In this document: piece after piece, positions 23,730 through 37,290 of the stretch
Position numbering within the stretch: the stretch's first letter is position 1
Layout: each line of letters opens with the position of its first letter
DNA from: Rhina ancylostomus
Lineage: Eukaryota
Assembly: GCA_030265395.1 (NCBI GenBank)
Contig: JARFYF010000063.1
Coordinates: 46,071,664 to 46,135,663 of the forward strand
Length of the DNA stretch: 64,000 nucleotides
Reading direction: 5' to 3'
Notes under the pieces: generated by a model
What the model saw: only the letters and a program-made list of their open reading frames with translations
Databases searched by the model: none
What the model was told of the DNA's origin: nothing
Translations under genes and position numbers: made by a program

Positions 23730-25714
23730 GCTTTTTGGGAAAGGAGCTGCCTGGCGTCGGGCACCTGTCAAACCATCAAACCCGGGGCGACCCCATCGCC
23801 GCGTCCGCGCACGCAGCCCAGCCCCGGCAGCGGAAAGGGCGGCCTCTGCCCCGCCTTCCACACCAGAGTGACACGAAGCTCAATCAATCAGCTGCCGAGA
23901 CTGGATGTCAATCTCTAAAGTTGACCAATCGTTATCGGAATTTGTGCGTCAATCACCCGTAGACGGCTGTCCCCTCCGCCAATCAAACCCAGATGAGTGG
24001 GCGGGTGTTTCCCGGTGGAGTGACTGGCCAGTTTGGTTACTGAGACGGGCTACACTGATTGGTTGGCTGCTGAGAGACATCGACAGGGGGGAGCCTAGAA
24101 ACAGCGTGTCCAGGAGTTTCTAAACCCCCTCTCCCTCCCCTTACGCTATTCCGGGCTAGGACAGCATCCCCCCACACGACGGCTGTTGTAAAAACCTGGG
24201 ACGGAGTAGAGCACTCGGTATAAAGTCCACGCAGAAAAAAAATCTATTGTTTGACGCTCAGTTCTTCTTCTGTTGCATTCGTTGGGTAAACTTTCTGGAT
24301 TTTTTTCTTTCTGATTATTATCTCCATATTGAAGAGTGTTTGTTTTTGTGCCTTATTTAATAATGTAATATTTCTGCTTTAACAAAGTCAACCTCTTTCT
24401 GCACTACCTCACTCCTCCCGCCATACCCTCAGGCACCGAAAGGATGTTAGGTTCGTACAGAGTTAACTGTGGATCTGTACAAAACCAGAATCTAATTACT
24501 CGGTTTTAAATCAATGTTGTAAAACCCGCAACTCACATGATCAGAAGGGCATGCAACGCAAGGCATGTGCTTCAGGTGAAAATTTAACATGTGGAGAGGT
24601 AGTTAGCCCAGCAGGGTACTACATACAAGTGATTACATTCTCACCAATTATGAGCAGTATAGTAATATCTTTACTTTTACGCGGTAAATTAACGTTTTCA
24701 CCCTTTCAAGGCTCGTTGGTGTGAGTAGGAGTAATGCAAAACTTTGGGATTGAACAAAACCTGCACGTGATGTGCAGTAGTTTTCCATTCAGATGGGTAT
24801 GATCCGAAGAACTGAAACTCACACCGGGACAGGCACTGGGAGCGGGGGTATTTATCAGTCAGTTAAGATCAGTCAGTTGGTAACAATGTCAGAACCTCAT
24901 CCAACTCCATTGGAAAAAGCCCGAGCCATTCCTTGCACGATTCCAATGAGATTTAACTGTCTGGACCCAGTGTTAACTTCTTCAGCTTCCACACGATGGT
25001 TTACACTAAATAATTCAGAGCTAGCTTCCTGTGCATGATGTATAAACATATGCTGATTAATCGGTTAATTCTGCGACCACAACCAGAATTATAGTTTGAA
25101 CCTTTGCATCTAGTCTTTGGTCGATTTTTAAATTACTTATGTGTGTTTATTACAAGATCTGTTTGTTTGTATTTAACAGCAGACATCATGGTGTAACCAC
25201 AATGAAACACAACCCCTTTTAAAATGTGATTTGTGAATACAGTTCATAAAAGATAAAATTCATTACCTCTTATGGACGTTATAATTCTCAGTTCAGAATT
25301 TAAAAGAGCTTCCTTTGTAAACAGTGACTTCAGTAAGTCTTTTTGGGAAAAGTGCTGAAATCTTAAATCATATGCATGGGAGGTCTTTATTTTAAACCTC
25401 CCATCAGCATTAGAAAGTACCGGACAGAAATGCTTCAATGTACCACACAGCTTTTTGAACAAAAAAGTGTTCATTTATTGTCTTTGATTATCTGTCCATA
25501 GCTCTAAATTAAGGTACATTCAAGAGTATATATTGAGGATCCTAAAGATACTAGCTGTAATTTCCATAGCTTTTCTAAACTGCAATTAAATACAGTTTAA
25601 TACAGCTGTACGGTGATATTTTATTTTTTCCTGAACTCATTTATGCTAGTTGTCGAATGCTAGATTCTGCTGAGTTATTAGCGTGGTGCAGAGGAGATTG
25701 ACCTTGGATTGTTG

Positions 25715-26180
25715 CTTGGGATGGAACACTTGGGGAGTGATTGGATAGGCTAGATTTGCTTTCCTTGGAGCAGAGAAAGCTGAGACGGGAACCGATATAG
25801 GAGTACAAAGTTATGAGAGACATAGACAGGATCTATAATGAGAAACTTTTCTCCCTAGCAGAGGATCCCTTAATCAGAGTGCATAGATTTAAGGATGGGG
25901 TAGAAGATTTGGAGGGGATTTGAGGAATATCTTCACCCAGAGAGTGGTTGAAATCTGGAAAGCAGATAGTGAGGGCAGGTATTCTCATAAAATTTAAGAA
26001 GTATTTAGATGAGCAGTTGAAATGCCAAGGCATGGAAGGCTAAGGGCCAAGTGCTGGAAGATTGGGTATGTTTTGGTAAGTACTTTGTATGAATAAGTAC
26101 CTGGTACAGATCGGTATTTTACGGTTGCCTGAGACATGGACGTGTGAGTTGAAGGACCTCCCTTTGTGCTGTATGACACT
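25715..26180 (+). mobile_element. CR1-like LINE 3' fragment
   Basis: GCTAGATTTGCTTTCCTTGGAGCAG...CACCCAGAGAGTGG...GAAGGACCT...TGTGCTGTATGAC matches CR1 3' ends. Confidence 0.8.
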
Positions 26181-26549
26181 ATTACAGAAGATGTAGGTTC
26201 CATTTCTCTTCCTGGCATTTCCTTGGGGTTGAAGATGACTTGCTTTCTCTCCAGGTCAGTGGTTCTGAGGAGGCTGGTGCAGTCAATGTGGGTCCCACAC
26301 ACTCTGCTGGGGTGGGAAGGCAGATGAGCAGTATGGGAGGTTCTCTTCCCGGTATTTTGGCTGGACTCTTTAAAAACCACAATGTTCTCAGTGCCATCCC
26401 AGATACTCCTCTGTGATGTTCTTAAATGGGCCGGGGTCAATGAGAATTTAACATTTTTGGGGTTTTAAGAAGTTTGCTGTCCTGGTAATCTCTTGCTGTC
26501 ACAGAGCTTGGAGTAGGGTGCCAATTTTGGTGTTTGGTGATGGGCACAC

Positions 26550-27362
26550 TTCCATTGTTGGCAGAATGTCAGATGGTGATGAGGAGGCACACAGGATTGA
26601 GGTAGATCGGCTGGTTGAGTGGTGTCATGACAACAATCTCACACTCAACGTCAGTAAGACCAAGGAGTTGATTGTGGACTTCAGGAAGGGAGAGTCGGGA
26701 CAACACTCACCAGACTTTATTTGAGGGGTCAGCGGTGGAAATGGTGAGTAGGTTCAAGTTTTGGGATGTCATCATCTCAGAGGACCTATCCTGGGCCCAA
26801 CTCATTGATGCATTCACAAAGAAGGCACACCAACAGCTCTACTTCATTAGGAGTTTGAGGAGATTTGGTATGTCACTAAAGACTGTTACAAATTTCTACA
26901 GATGTACAGTGGAGAGCATTCTTGCTGGTTGCATCACCACCTGTATGGAGGCTCCAATGTGCAGGATCAAAAGAGGTTGTAGAGGGTTATAGACTCAGCC
27001 AGCTCCATCATGGGCACAACCTTTCCTGCCATTGAGGATATCTTCAAGAGGTGGTGCCTCAAGTAGGTGGCATCCATCATTAAGGACCCTCACCATCTGG
27101 AACATGCCTCTTGTTACTACCATCAGGGAGGAGATACAGGAGCCTGAAGACCCACACTCAGCATTTTAGGAACAGCTCCTTCCCCTCTGCCATCAGAATT
27201 TTGAAAGGTTCATGAATACTATCTCATTATTCCCCTTCTGCATTATTTATTTATTTTTCTAACTTATAGTAATTTTTATGTCTTGCACTGTACTGCTGCC
27301 GCAAAACAACAAGTTTCACGACATATGCCAGTGATAATAAACTTAATTCTGATTCAGATTCT
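26550..27362 (+). mobile_element. Rex1/Babar-like LINE 3' portion with ATTCTG/ATTCAG tail
   Basis: WCHDNNLTLNVSKTKELIVDFRK, then KKAHQQLYFIRSLRRFGM...NFYRCTVESILAGCIT, ending AATAAAC...ATTCTGATTCAGATTCTG. Confidence 0.9.
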
Positions 27363-27619
27363 GGCAATGGAATGAAATGGGCTGCCCATCAGAACTAACT
27401 GAATGAAACCAAAGCCCCAATGCTGAAGCTGTTGGTTTTAGAGAGGACACCAATATTGGGTTGCTTATCCTGCCAGTGGATTTGGAGTCTTTTGCAACAT
27501 TGGCACTACCTCTCCAGTGCTTATAGGAATAAATGTGTTCTCTGAATGTGACAAGTGAAACAATACTTTGATAGATTTCCTGACAGTTTAGATCAGGGAT
27601 TCTTACATTTCGTGATTGA

Positions 27620-27950
27620 GCGAGATACAGCACATAAACAGGCCTTTTGGCCCACTGAATCCATGCCAGCCATCAATCACCCATTTATACTAATCCTTTT
27701 ATTTTGCTCTCTCTCTGTTCCAATAATTTCCCTCAGATTATACCACTCATCTACACATGAGGACAATTTACAATGGCCGATTTACATACCAACCCACATG
27801 TACTTGGGATGTGGGAGGAAACCAGAGCCCCAGGAGTAAGCCCACACAGTCACAGTGTGAACATGTAAACTCCACATAGACAGCACCCATGATCGGGATT
27901 GAACCCAGGTCTCTAACACTGTGAGGCAGCAGGTCTACTAGTTGATGCAA
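27620..27950 (-). mobile_element. Older tRNA-derived SINE of the V-SINE-like family
   Basis: TGTGGGAGGAAACCAGAGC...AAACTCCACATAGACAGCACCC...GGATTGAACCCAGGTC. Confidence 0.8.
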
Positions 27951-30900
27951 CCTCATATTTAATAGGCTTGAAATCAAGCAAAAAAAACATGGGATCTGCA
28001 GAATGCTTCATTAGCTAGTAGTAAAATCACAAATGACAATGGCTTAAAAAGTGTAGGAGGCAATTCATAAAGTTTCACCAATTTCAGACACAGGGATAAA
28101 CAATTGTACATAGATAGCAGTGGTGTCCTTTGGACTAAGCCTGTACTTTTAATTCAAGTTCACCGCAGGCAGCATGGTCGTTCAAAGGAAAAGCTTTTCC
28201 AAGCCTCGGGACACCATTTTATCCTCAAATGCCAAAGCTGCTTCGATAGGTGACTGAAACATAGAACTTGTCCCTCTCCAAATAAATTAGTTATTCAAAT
28301 TTGGTGTGAATATCAGATTCCTGTAATATTAAAGATGATAATTAGTTCATCTGAGCAACAATTTATTTGTCAGTTTCCAGTTAGGTTTCAAATAGTTTTT
28401 CAACTATTTTTTGATGAGCAAGTCATCCTCTTAATACTTGAAAAAATATGTCTTTACTGCTGTTTTTTGAGCTTGAAATCAAAATCACTGTGCTGTTCTT
28501 TCAGTGCCTGGAAAATGCTGACTTGCCAAAGTACAAGATTGTGTACACTCACAATGTTCATGTACCTTCCTGTAAAGTCTCAGATAAATCTTTAATTTTG
28601 GAAGTGTTCTGTTCATTACTCATTTCCTTTTACTGATATACTAGAAGTAATGTCCAAATCTTTCCTTCTTTTTCATCTCCATTGAATATCATAACATTTT
28701 TTTGAAAGCTTTATCAAAATATTTGCATGTTACAGGATGGGAGTTTCAGGCAGTTCAGAAATTCAAAATCATTCAATGAGATTCAAGAATTTTTTCCAGT
28801 CTTTTTTATGTTTGTTCCTCACTCTTTTTTGTCCATGTTGCTTTACTATCCAATGAATACAGTTATTTAAAAAATTCCCTTGAAGCTTTTGATCCCATGA
28901 ACCTAACAATTCTGATCCATAAGGCCAGTTCAAAATATTCAACCAGCAGTCCTAGACAACATCTAAGTTTTGAACTACATCAAAAACTCCTTTGTTTTAT
29001 TCCAAAGATCACAAATGCACAGGTTCTGCATTCTTATAGGTCTTGTAGATCTCTCTTAATCCCAAAACGTTCAAAATATGCTTGGTTGATTACAGTGGCT
29101 TTAGAAGGTTCAACAAGCCAAGAAGGTAGAGATCAGTTTATCATTTCAAAACAACCTGTACAAATGCAAAATGAATACAGGCAGGTTACTAATGATTGTC
29201 CTTTCACCAATTAAACCAGTTATTTATGCCTCATTTTTTTTCCACAGAACTTCCTTAAATATCAAATATGCACCACTTCTACTTTGCCACAGGATCTTTT
29301 ACAAGTGTTTTTTTTATAAATATTAACAAAAGCAGTTTCTATACATTAGTTTGGCTTTCAATGGAGAGGTCCTTACAAGCTTTAACATTCCAACTCTCCA
29401 ATTTGAGGTGTGGAGATAAATCTTCGAAGTGCTGTCACACACTGGTCCTGGAGCTAGAAACCCGAGCTCAAACCAGAGATTCAAGTTCCAGTTCAGAACA
29501 TTGTGTTAGGGCATTAGCCAACAATAATTTTAAAATGTGTTCATTCTAACAATCAAAGTCAAAATCAGTCAGAATCAAAGTTTGATAGGCAGATGTTCTG
29601 AGCAATTGGTTGCTTATTGTAGGATGGTTTAGTTTCAAGGTTCGTAATTTACCCATGTTGTTTCCTTGCATGAAATAAGTATGAGAAGCAAAGCTCTTTG
29701 CAACAGGTTTCCTTTAAAAAGAAGTGATGTGCCTCATTTTAACTCTCTTGCTGCTTAACTTTAATATAGATAAGATGCTGCTTGCTTCTGAGTTTTTTTT
29801 ACTCATTGATTGAAATATAAATCATTACTCAACTGCCAATTTTTTCTGCCATATCTTCTAGCCTCCGGAAGTCTATGTTGTCCAAGCACCCCTTAAGTAG
29901 GACAATGAAATATAAGCAAAGGAAGTGCCTAAATGAGAATACATGAACATGTTACTGGGTAGTCCAGTATTGTATGGATATAAAGCAGAAAACACAGTGA
30001 AAATAATTAAGCTGTTACTCCTGAATAGTGAACTTAGGGCTGACCTTTATAAAAGTCCTGTGCGATCAATAGTTGACCATCTGCCATGACTTTCTGCCAT
30101 ATTTCTGAACTAATATTGTATTAGGTGAACTGTGAAGCCCTAGAGTTCCCTCTGTATGGAAAACACTACCAAAAGCCTAAGGCAACAATGAACAGAGAGC
30201 TAATATCAGATTTTATAAACCACTGTGGGTTGTTGGATTGCAGCTTTTTGATGAGATGTGGGGCGCTTTGTTCCCTGTGTACACTTTTACCTGCTGTGTT
30301 GAATATACATGTTCTTACAACTCTGTGATACTTGATATCCTGCCTCCACCCTTGGCTGTCATTACCATCTTGTATTTGCCAGTGAGAGTCCTCCACTAGT
30401 CGTATGCATTAAGTTGTACATTGGCATGCACAAGCACAGCTGTCTCTACTCATTGGCTAGCAACACTGTCAATATAGAACGCAGTGTAGAACTACCTGAA
30501 TGTTAGACATAAACCTTTGTGGGATTCCCCTAAATGTGTTACTAAAAGGATTCCAAGTCTGTGAGACGTGGTGCTCATTAAACAGTGGCAGGCGATTCAG
30601 GTGTCTTTCTAATTTACCTTAGCAACCTTGAGATAAGGAGGGAAAATCGCTATATTCTGGACATACTGGAACGTGTGTCCATGAATCCAACCTGTGAAGC
30701 CACAACAGTAAAATAGCATGTCAGCACCGACTTGCTCTCACAAAGAATGGCCACTTAGCCTTGGTATTCCAAAAGTTTCTAACACATGGAGGTACACAGT
30801 GATTACACAGGCACTGGTTTCCATCGAGAATTGCACCCAAAGATCCCTCTGTAGGTAAATAATCCTATTCAACATCACAGAAAACTCTGTTCTCTACTCA

Positions 30901-32869
30901 GCTGATAAATTTTGATTTGTACTTCCCAGTGAGGTGACACTCAGGAGTCACCACCAAAGCTGATTTGTACTTTCCTAATCCACAAACACTGAAGTAATTT
31001 GTACCAATCCTAACTAAACTCAGCTATCTCTGTACAAGTAAGGAAGCCAACTCAGGGCCTCCCTCAGTACTGTGGCCCTGTACCAAACCAGACAGCGAAA
31101 TTTCTATTAAGTCCACTGAGCAGCCTTATTTTCAGTTAGTATTTACTCATTTTTTAAAACAAAAATGTTATTTTAAGTTGCCTTTTAACTCTGTTCAGAA
31201 GTAGAATGTTTCTGTTTGGATGGAAAAGATTGAAGCTTAATGAGTTCCTCAAAGTTTCCTTTGATCAGTGGCCAATGAAAAGGGCAGTTTTGGGATCAGG
31301 ATGCTTCATTAATTACAGGAAGAATGTTTCTTTATATTCCAGTTAGATCTATTATACTGAAGTTAAAAAAGAATGCTTATTGCAGTAGGAGTTCAAGCAT
31401 GTGTAAGGGAAAACCCTGTGGTCACCTGAGACAAAGCTTAAGTCTTCATGCAGCTTTTATTTTTTTAAACAAAGATTCAAGACTCTGAATTATTGAAAAA
31501 TGTAGGTATCTACTTCCTTATCCAATGGAGATCAGCCCACATCTATTAAAATTTGACCACAGGGATAAAAATCTCACTTGAGTTCAATCAATATTCCAAC
31601 AAATGTCCCACAGTTTGTACAAAATAGAGGATAGAGCAGAGAAAACAGCAGGAGTTATGAAGACTGAAAGCAGATACAACAAATTGTATAAAGTAAACAC
31701 TGTTGGCTCTTCCTCGATCTGCAGAGGTCACAGCACCAAGTGGAGGAGAATATACCAGGGAAAGGAATGTCTGTAAATTATTTCCCCACCCCCAAGGTGT
31801 GTCCTTCTTTGGCTCTACTGCACCCTCTGTATCCTAAGGGTGTCATCACCACTCCTGCTGCCCCACTGGCGTATACCCAATGTGACTCCATTCCAATTAT
31901 GCTGAGTCAGGCTGCGGGCAGGGAAGATGTGGTATTAATGAGCTGTTACAGGAAGTTCCTTTTAGCAGAATTGCCTTTGAGGTTACGGCAATCTAATGGC
32001 TGCAGTAACCAAACAAACAGTAGCAAATTGGTGTTTTGAAGAAAGCTACACATTAAATGAAGCAACATTTTCACAAATTAAACAAATTAGTAGTATTACG
32101 ACCTAGACTTAATAACATGGTCGGGACTGAGAATCTCATTGAGGAGGATCTCTACCATACTAAAGTCAAAGTAGAATGTTGGGAAATCTTCTTTTAAAAT
32201 TATGAATAAAAAATATTTTAAAGTAAGTTTTGCACCCTCCTACTCCCTCCTAAAAGCTACTAGCCTATTCTCAAGGAGTTCTGTCATGCCAGTCCTCCAC
32301 ACTTGTAAGAATTGGCCATTCTGTGTGCAGGCTGAGACGATGTGTGTTGATGGGGCACTCAGGTGTATGGGAGCACTGTGGTGGTCTCTGACACCTTGTG
32401 CAGCAGGAGCCATAGGATAGTAATAAAGATGAGAAAGCTTGATTTATTTTTACCCCCTCCCCCCCAGCCATTAGATAACCTTCTTATCATTTTGTTGTTC
32501 AACTAAAAATTAGTGCATACAGAAAATCACATCTAGGTTCTCCTTGTTGCACAGATTTGTTGCACACCAGGTGATGCATGTTCCCACCACAGATGCCAAC
32601 GCCCTGCAGACTGACAAAAATCCTTGGAACTCACTGTCAGTAATTGTACTTGGGTAATTTCACAGTACACCCACAACAATAATTAAATCTGTGGAAAAGC
32701 AAAAGGTGGTAGGATGACCAATGAGGTAGGTGCAATGTGCAGCATTTATTTAACTGCAAGTTCAGCCACCATCATGAACTAGGCATTGTCACCTCAAGGA
32801 CAGGCAGCTAACCTCAGTACTCTGCAAGTATTGTCCTTCACAAGCTATTTGTTCTTCAAGTAAAGCACG

Positions 32870-33185
32870 AAAAATCATGCCTGCCCATTTTCCTATGCTA
32901 CCCCTTCCCATAATCAACTAGACTCACATCTCCCCCCTCCCCCACCCTCCTACCTTCCCCCTCTCACTGGGACTCACCTATCACCTGCCTGCACGTNNNN
33001 NNNNNNNNNNNNNNNNNNNNNNNNNNNNNNNNNNNNNNNNNNNNNNNAGTCCTGATGAAGGGTCTCCACTCGATATGTCAACTGTTTATTTCTCTACATA
33101 GATGCTGGCTGACCTGCTGAGTTCCCCCAGCATTTTGGGTGTGTGTCGCTCCAGATTCCAGCATCTGTAGAATCTCTTGTGTCAT
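32870..33185 (+). mobile_element. Penelope-related terminal repeat copy (gapped) with hammerhead-like core
   Basis: AGTC-CTGATGA-AGGGTCTCCACTC-GATAT-GTC-AACTG at 33048-33084, followed by GATGCTGGCTGACCTGCTGAGTTCCCCCAGCA and GATTCCAGCATCTG. Confidence 0.8.
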
Positions 33186-34659
33186 CATCTAGACTCCACT
33201 GGATGTCTGTCTACAATATAATGTGAAAATCAGAAACTCTGCTGAATGGAGGAACCATCTGTTTTCTTATTCCTTTCCTTTATACCCTAGAATATGACAC
33301 CATGCTGTTTCATTATCAGAAGGACGAGGCCTGTGACATGCGGGTACTGGTGACTGCACTAGATGGATTTTCCTGTGAGACATGCAAACCAGGAGATTTT
33401 GTCTCCAATCAGTATTGAGTCTGTTAATCTTAAATAGGACAGCAGCAGAAACAAAACTACAATTGGTGTCATGATGTCAAGGTTTAGGAAGGTGAAACTG
33501 GGGCAACGTCATGTCCTGATTTCTATCCAGGGATCCCTGATGTAAACATTTGTGTCTGGTCACAAGTAGGGAGAAATTAAAATGTGCCCTGGTAGTTTCA
33601 TGTTATAAGCCTGTAGTACAGCTTATTGTGATTCTGGCCACCTCTTTGCTAGCTTGGGCAAAACCTAGCATAAACTTGTTGTCTGGTCGTATGTATAGCT
33701 TCAAACCCACATACAGTACATCATCAAAATCAACCTTTCCTACCTTTATAAGTTCATACCTATGCACGTTCCTCAAATATCATCTCTGCTGAAACCCTCT
33801 GCTGCACCTTCTTCATCTGTAGGTTTAATTCTCCAGAGCTTTCCTCTTTGGCTCCTTCAACTGAGCTATAACTAACCCTGCTCACTCATTGCAGCAATCT
33901 TCGCAGATCTTCACTTGTTCCATTCACTTTAACAGCATGTTTAGAAAAATCATCATAGTCTCCTTTGATGTAAACTACAGAGGTTGCACATCTCAGTCTG
34001 ACAACAGGCCCCACTACACCAACAGGAGCAGAGTCCTGACATAAGCATCGCTCTCCAATTCCCTGTGGAAACCTTTCCTCCTCTACTACCTTTAAAAGCC
34101 TCCTCTTGCAAAGGCTTCCAATTTCCCCTGCATACAGTTTTATAAATGGAATTTCTTGCTCAATGACAAAGCTGATTTCTTTTCAAGGAGAGAAAAAACA
34201 GGTAGAGAAGGACTGAAGGAGGTCTTGGAACCACAGAACGCTAAACAGGAGGGGTAGAACTAATCCAAAAAAAAACTATTAAAAAACATAACCTGCCTTT
34301 GATCTGGTTGGAAGTAAACTCCACGCCACAAGAGCTGGAATCCTATTTCTTTGCGCCAAAGGATTTTCTTCTTAAATGATTCCAGCATGAAAGTAATTTG
34401 TGGAACAAAATGTTTTGAAAACATTCAGTGCAGTGGATTGGTATTGAGTCAAAAGAGAGGACTTATTGAAGATCAAGTTTGCAAAAGACGGACTCTGCCG
34501 ACAACCTGTGACCCTCCAGCCCTGGTGGCAATGCAGTAGTCCTGGTGGGCAGCCTTGATCACAGCACAGATGATATGATGAGAAGGTGGACAGTTGGTCC
34601 TGACCTGTGTGTCCTTCAGACCCTGTTTAACCAAACCCCATTATCCATCACACCCTATC

Positions 34660-35010
34660 CACTGCAGCTCTCTCATACACCCCTCTGTCTCTCATTCTCC
34701 CTCCCTCATTTTTTCCTTCCTTTGTTCTGTATCCTTCTCACCACACATCCCATTTTCATTATTTCTGTCCCTCCCTCTCATGTTCCCCTTCTTTACCCCC
34801 TTACGTTCTCGCATTCCTTNNNTTTCCCCTGCACCCTCCCCTACTCTCTCTCCCTCTTTCTCTATCTCATCTTCATCATTCCTGCTCTTTCTCTTCTTTC
34901 TGTTTCACCACTCCCACAATCTCTCACCACACTCTCTATTTCTCTCCTCGTTCCAACCTCATGCATTCCCTCTAATCATATTTCTCACACCCTTTCACTT
35001 GTTCTTGTTC
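34660..35010 (+). repeat. Pyrimidine-rich low-complexity tract
   Basis: About 350 nt dominated by C and T on the plus strand. Confidence 0.8.
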
Positions 35011-36899
35011 ATGAAATAAATAGGGAATCAAGTTCGTATTAAATTTCTGCATTGCTTTCTCCTTGGCCCTATTGTAAGCTGCTATGTTCAAAATATGTAA
35101 AAGCTCCATATTTTAGAAAAGATTTATTTTTAATCAATTTTTTTATTGGAGTGGTCCCAATATAAAGCAAACAATTCAAATTATAAACACCAAATTTAAA
35201 ACCTTGTATTGTGTCTTTAAAGGAAGATGTGGGAGATGGAACCATTAAGAAAAACGCACAGTGATAAAGAATAATGTTTGATCAGGACTCTCTCCACCTT
35301 CGGACCCAAGAGATGTATTTAAAGTGTGAACGAAGTGCCATCTGGTGGTAGCTGCAAATCTCACGTATGGAAAGGACAGCACACTATCTGCAATTATCAC
35401 TGCAGATAAAATCTGCAGTTGATGCAATGGGTACAATCAAGTTACAGCTGTAAGAGTAGTCTGCTGTTATATAAAACACCAGGAATGGTACAAATTCGAA
35501 CCATCTAGCAACTATCTGCTTTTCATGTTACTAATAGGAACAATTTGCTCTATAGACAGAACTAATGATACTATGTGTTTATACTAAGGGAATGGTGACA
35601 GTTAATGGTTTAGGAATCTTGAATTTAATATTGTAGAAATATATAAGATTGTAATGCTATAAAAATCTGAAGCTATTGTTTTAGATACAACCTCCAGTTA
35701 CACTTTGTGAATAATCACCAGTAGTGCCACAGGAAATCTGCAGTCAGTGCTGTAGGTACAATCTGCTTTCAACAATCCTTTTGTTTTATTTAGACACAGA
35801 CAAAACAACCTACTTGTTCTGAAAGTAAATCTTAAAATGACAGATTATATTTAGGCTAACAAATAGACACAGGAAGAAGACTCATATTACAAATTCTACA
35901 TTCACTTGTTTTGGCATGAATATCTTTTCGATGGTGTATTTTGCAGAATGCAGTTCTAGTTTGTAGCTGCTGAATTCAGAAAGGAGTGCTTGTTTCAGCA
36001 ACGATGGATTGAAAGCATAGTAAGATCATTTGAATCAGTCACAAGAATAATAAGAGCCCTCAGAGGCACTGTCTGAGGAATTGCGGAGAAAGGTTTGATC
36101 TAGGAAAACCTATGGTCAGATGAGATTTTTTTTGTTCTTTTTCCAGTTTCCCTCTGTTTATGTTAACCACTTTTCAGAAACTCATCCTGGCATACAGTTC
36201 TGTAGTGCCAGAAATAGGTTTTTTTTCACATTTGCACAGGTATGATTCTAAAAGGATTCCCACACGCCTCCCCCCCCCTTTCTAGCATACATACACCTCT
36301 CTCAATGCTCAGTGTAACTTGCACTAGTGAGGCATAATCTAAGAGCAATTAATTTAGCATCGAATGCCAATTGAAATTGGGAATTTCTTTAACTTTATGA
36401 TTCTTTACAAGAAACAGGTAATGCTTTACACCATTAAACTGTCGGGAAGCCCCATGCATTCAGTAATATGTTTAAGATATACAACAATTCTTGTTCTGAT
36501 TTCCATTGTTCATCAAAGATAACCTGTAGAGTTTTTCTGCTTTATCTAGTCATTGACGAGGCAAATTTCTTCCACTCAGAGTTTAGTTCATTCCAGAGAA
36601 GTTGGAAGTCTGCTAAATCCCATTCTATCCAGTTACTAGTGCTGTATGAATGTTATAGATGTTTCTGGCCTTAGAACATGTATCCATTTTTTATGAGCAG
36701 CATTTGAAGTTACCTGCATCTGTGCTTTGAATTATTTCAATGCCATTTTAGAGCACTCATAGTGGATAAAGACACCACCAACTATAATAATATATTACAT
36801 AGATCAAAAGGTGCCAGATTAAAATTTATCTCATCTCAGTTAGAGGAGCAAACAGGCAATGACTTCTGGCCTCAGCAGCTCTTAAAAGCAACGTAAGGA

Positions 36900-37290
36900 A
36901 GGTTCATAAGATTGATTCCTGGGATGAGAGGGCTGCTACATGGGGAGTAACAGAGTGGATAGTGGATTTTATTTCCTGTAGTTCAGAAGAATTAGATGTG
37001 ATCTGATTGAAACATATGGCATTCTTAGAGGGCCTGACAGGGTGGAAATTTGTGATTGTTTTCCCTTGTATGGAAATCTAGTGCTAAACTCAAAATCTCA
37101 AGGAGTCAGCCATTTAGGACTGAAATCAGGAGAAATATCTTCAATCAGACAAGAATTCTGTATATCTGAGGACTGTGTTTACTAACTGCAATCAATAAGG
37201 TTTGGGCATTATGATTTTATTGAATGGTAGAGGAGGCCAGAGTGGATGTGTAGCTGACACCAGCATTTACTTTCTATGTTCTTATATTAC
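36900..37290 (+). mobile_element. Decayed CR1-like 3' fragment
   Basis: GATTGATTCCTGGGATGAGAGGG...GATCTGATTGAAACATA...TTTAGGACTGAAATCAGGAGAAAT. Confidence 0.7.

Larger units (their letters stand above)
23280..24260. promoter_or_regulatory. CpG island and promoter of the SSBP3-like gene
   Basis: The only strongly GC- and CpG-rich stretch in an AT-rich, CpG-depleted window; spans exons 1-2. CCAAT at 23925 and 23979, ATTGG at 24058, GC box GGGCGGG at 23999-24005. Confidence 0.85.

Noticed and set aside
23730-23861. GTG-initiated N-terminal extension of SSBP3 (MEGGAEAA...)
   Set aside because: Family homology starts at ATG 23729; an open frame in a GC-rich 5' UTR is expected by chance.
23254-24123. 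Several plus-strand ORFs across the CpG island
   Set aside because: They are antisense shadows of GC-rich promoter and exon sequence with no recognisable protein.
25994-26440. 148-aa minus-strand ORF
   Set aside because: It overlaps decayed retroelement sequence and has no start context, splice support or homology.
34545-35042. 165-aa and 141-aa hydrophobic ORFs
   Set aside because: They arise from a stop-poor pyrimidine tract and have no domain signature.
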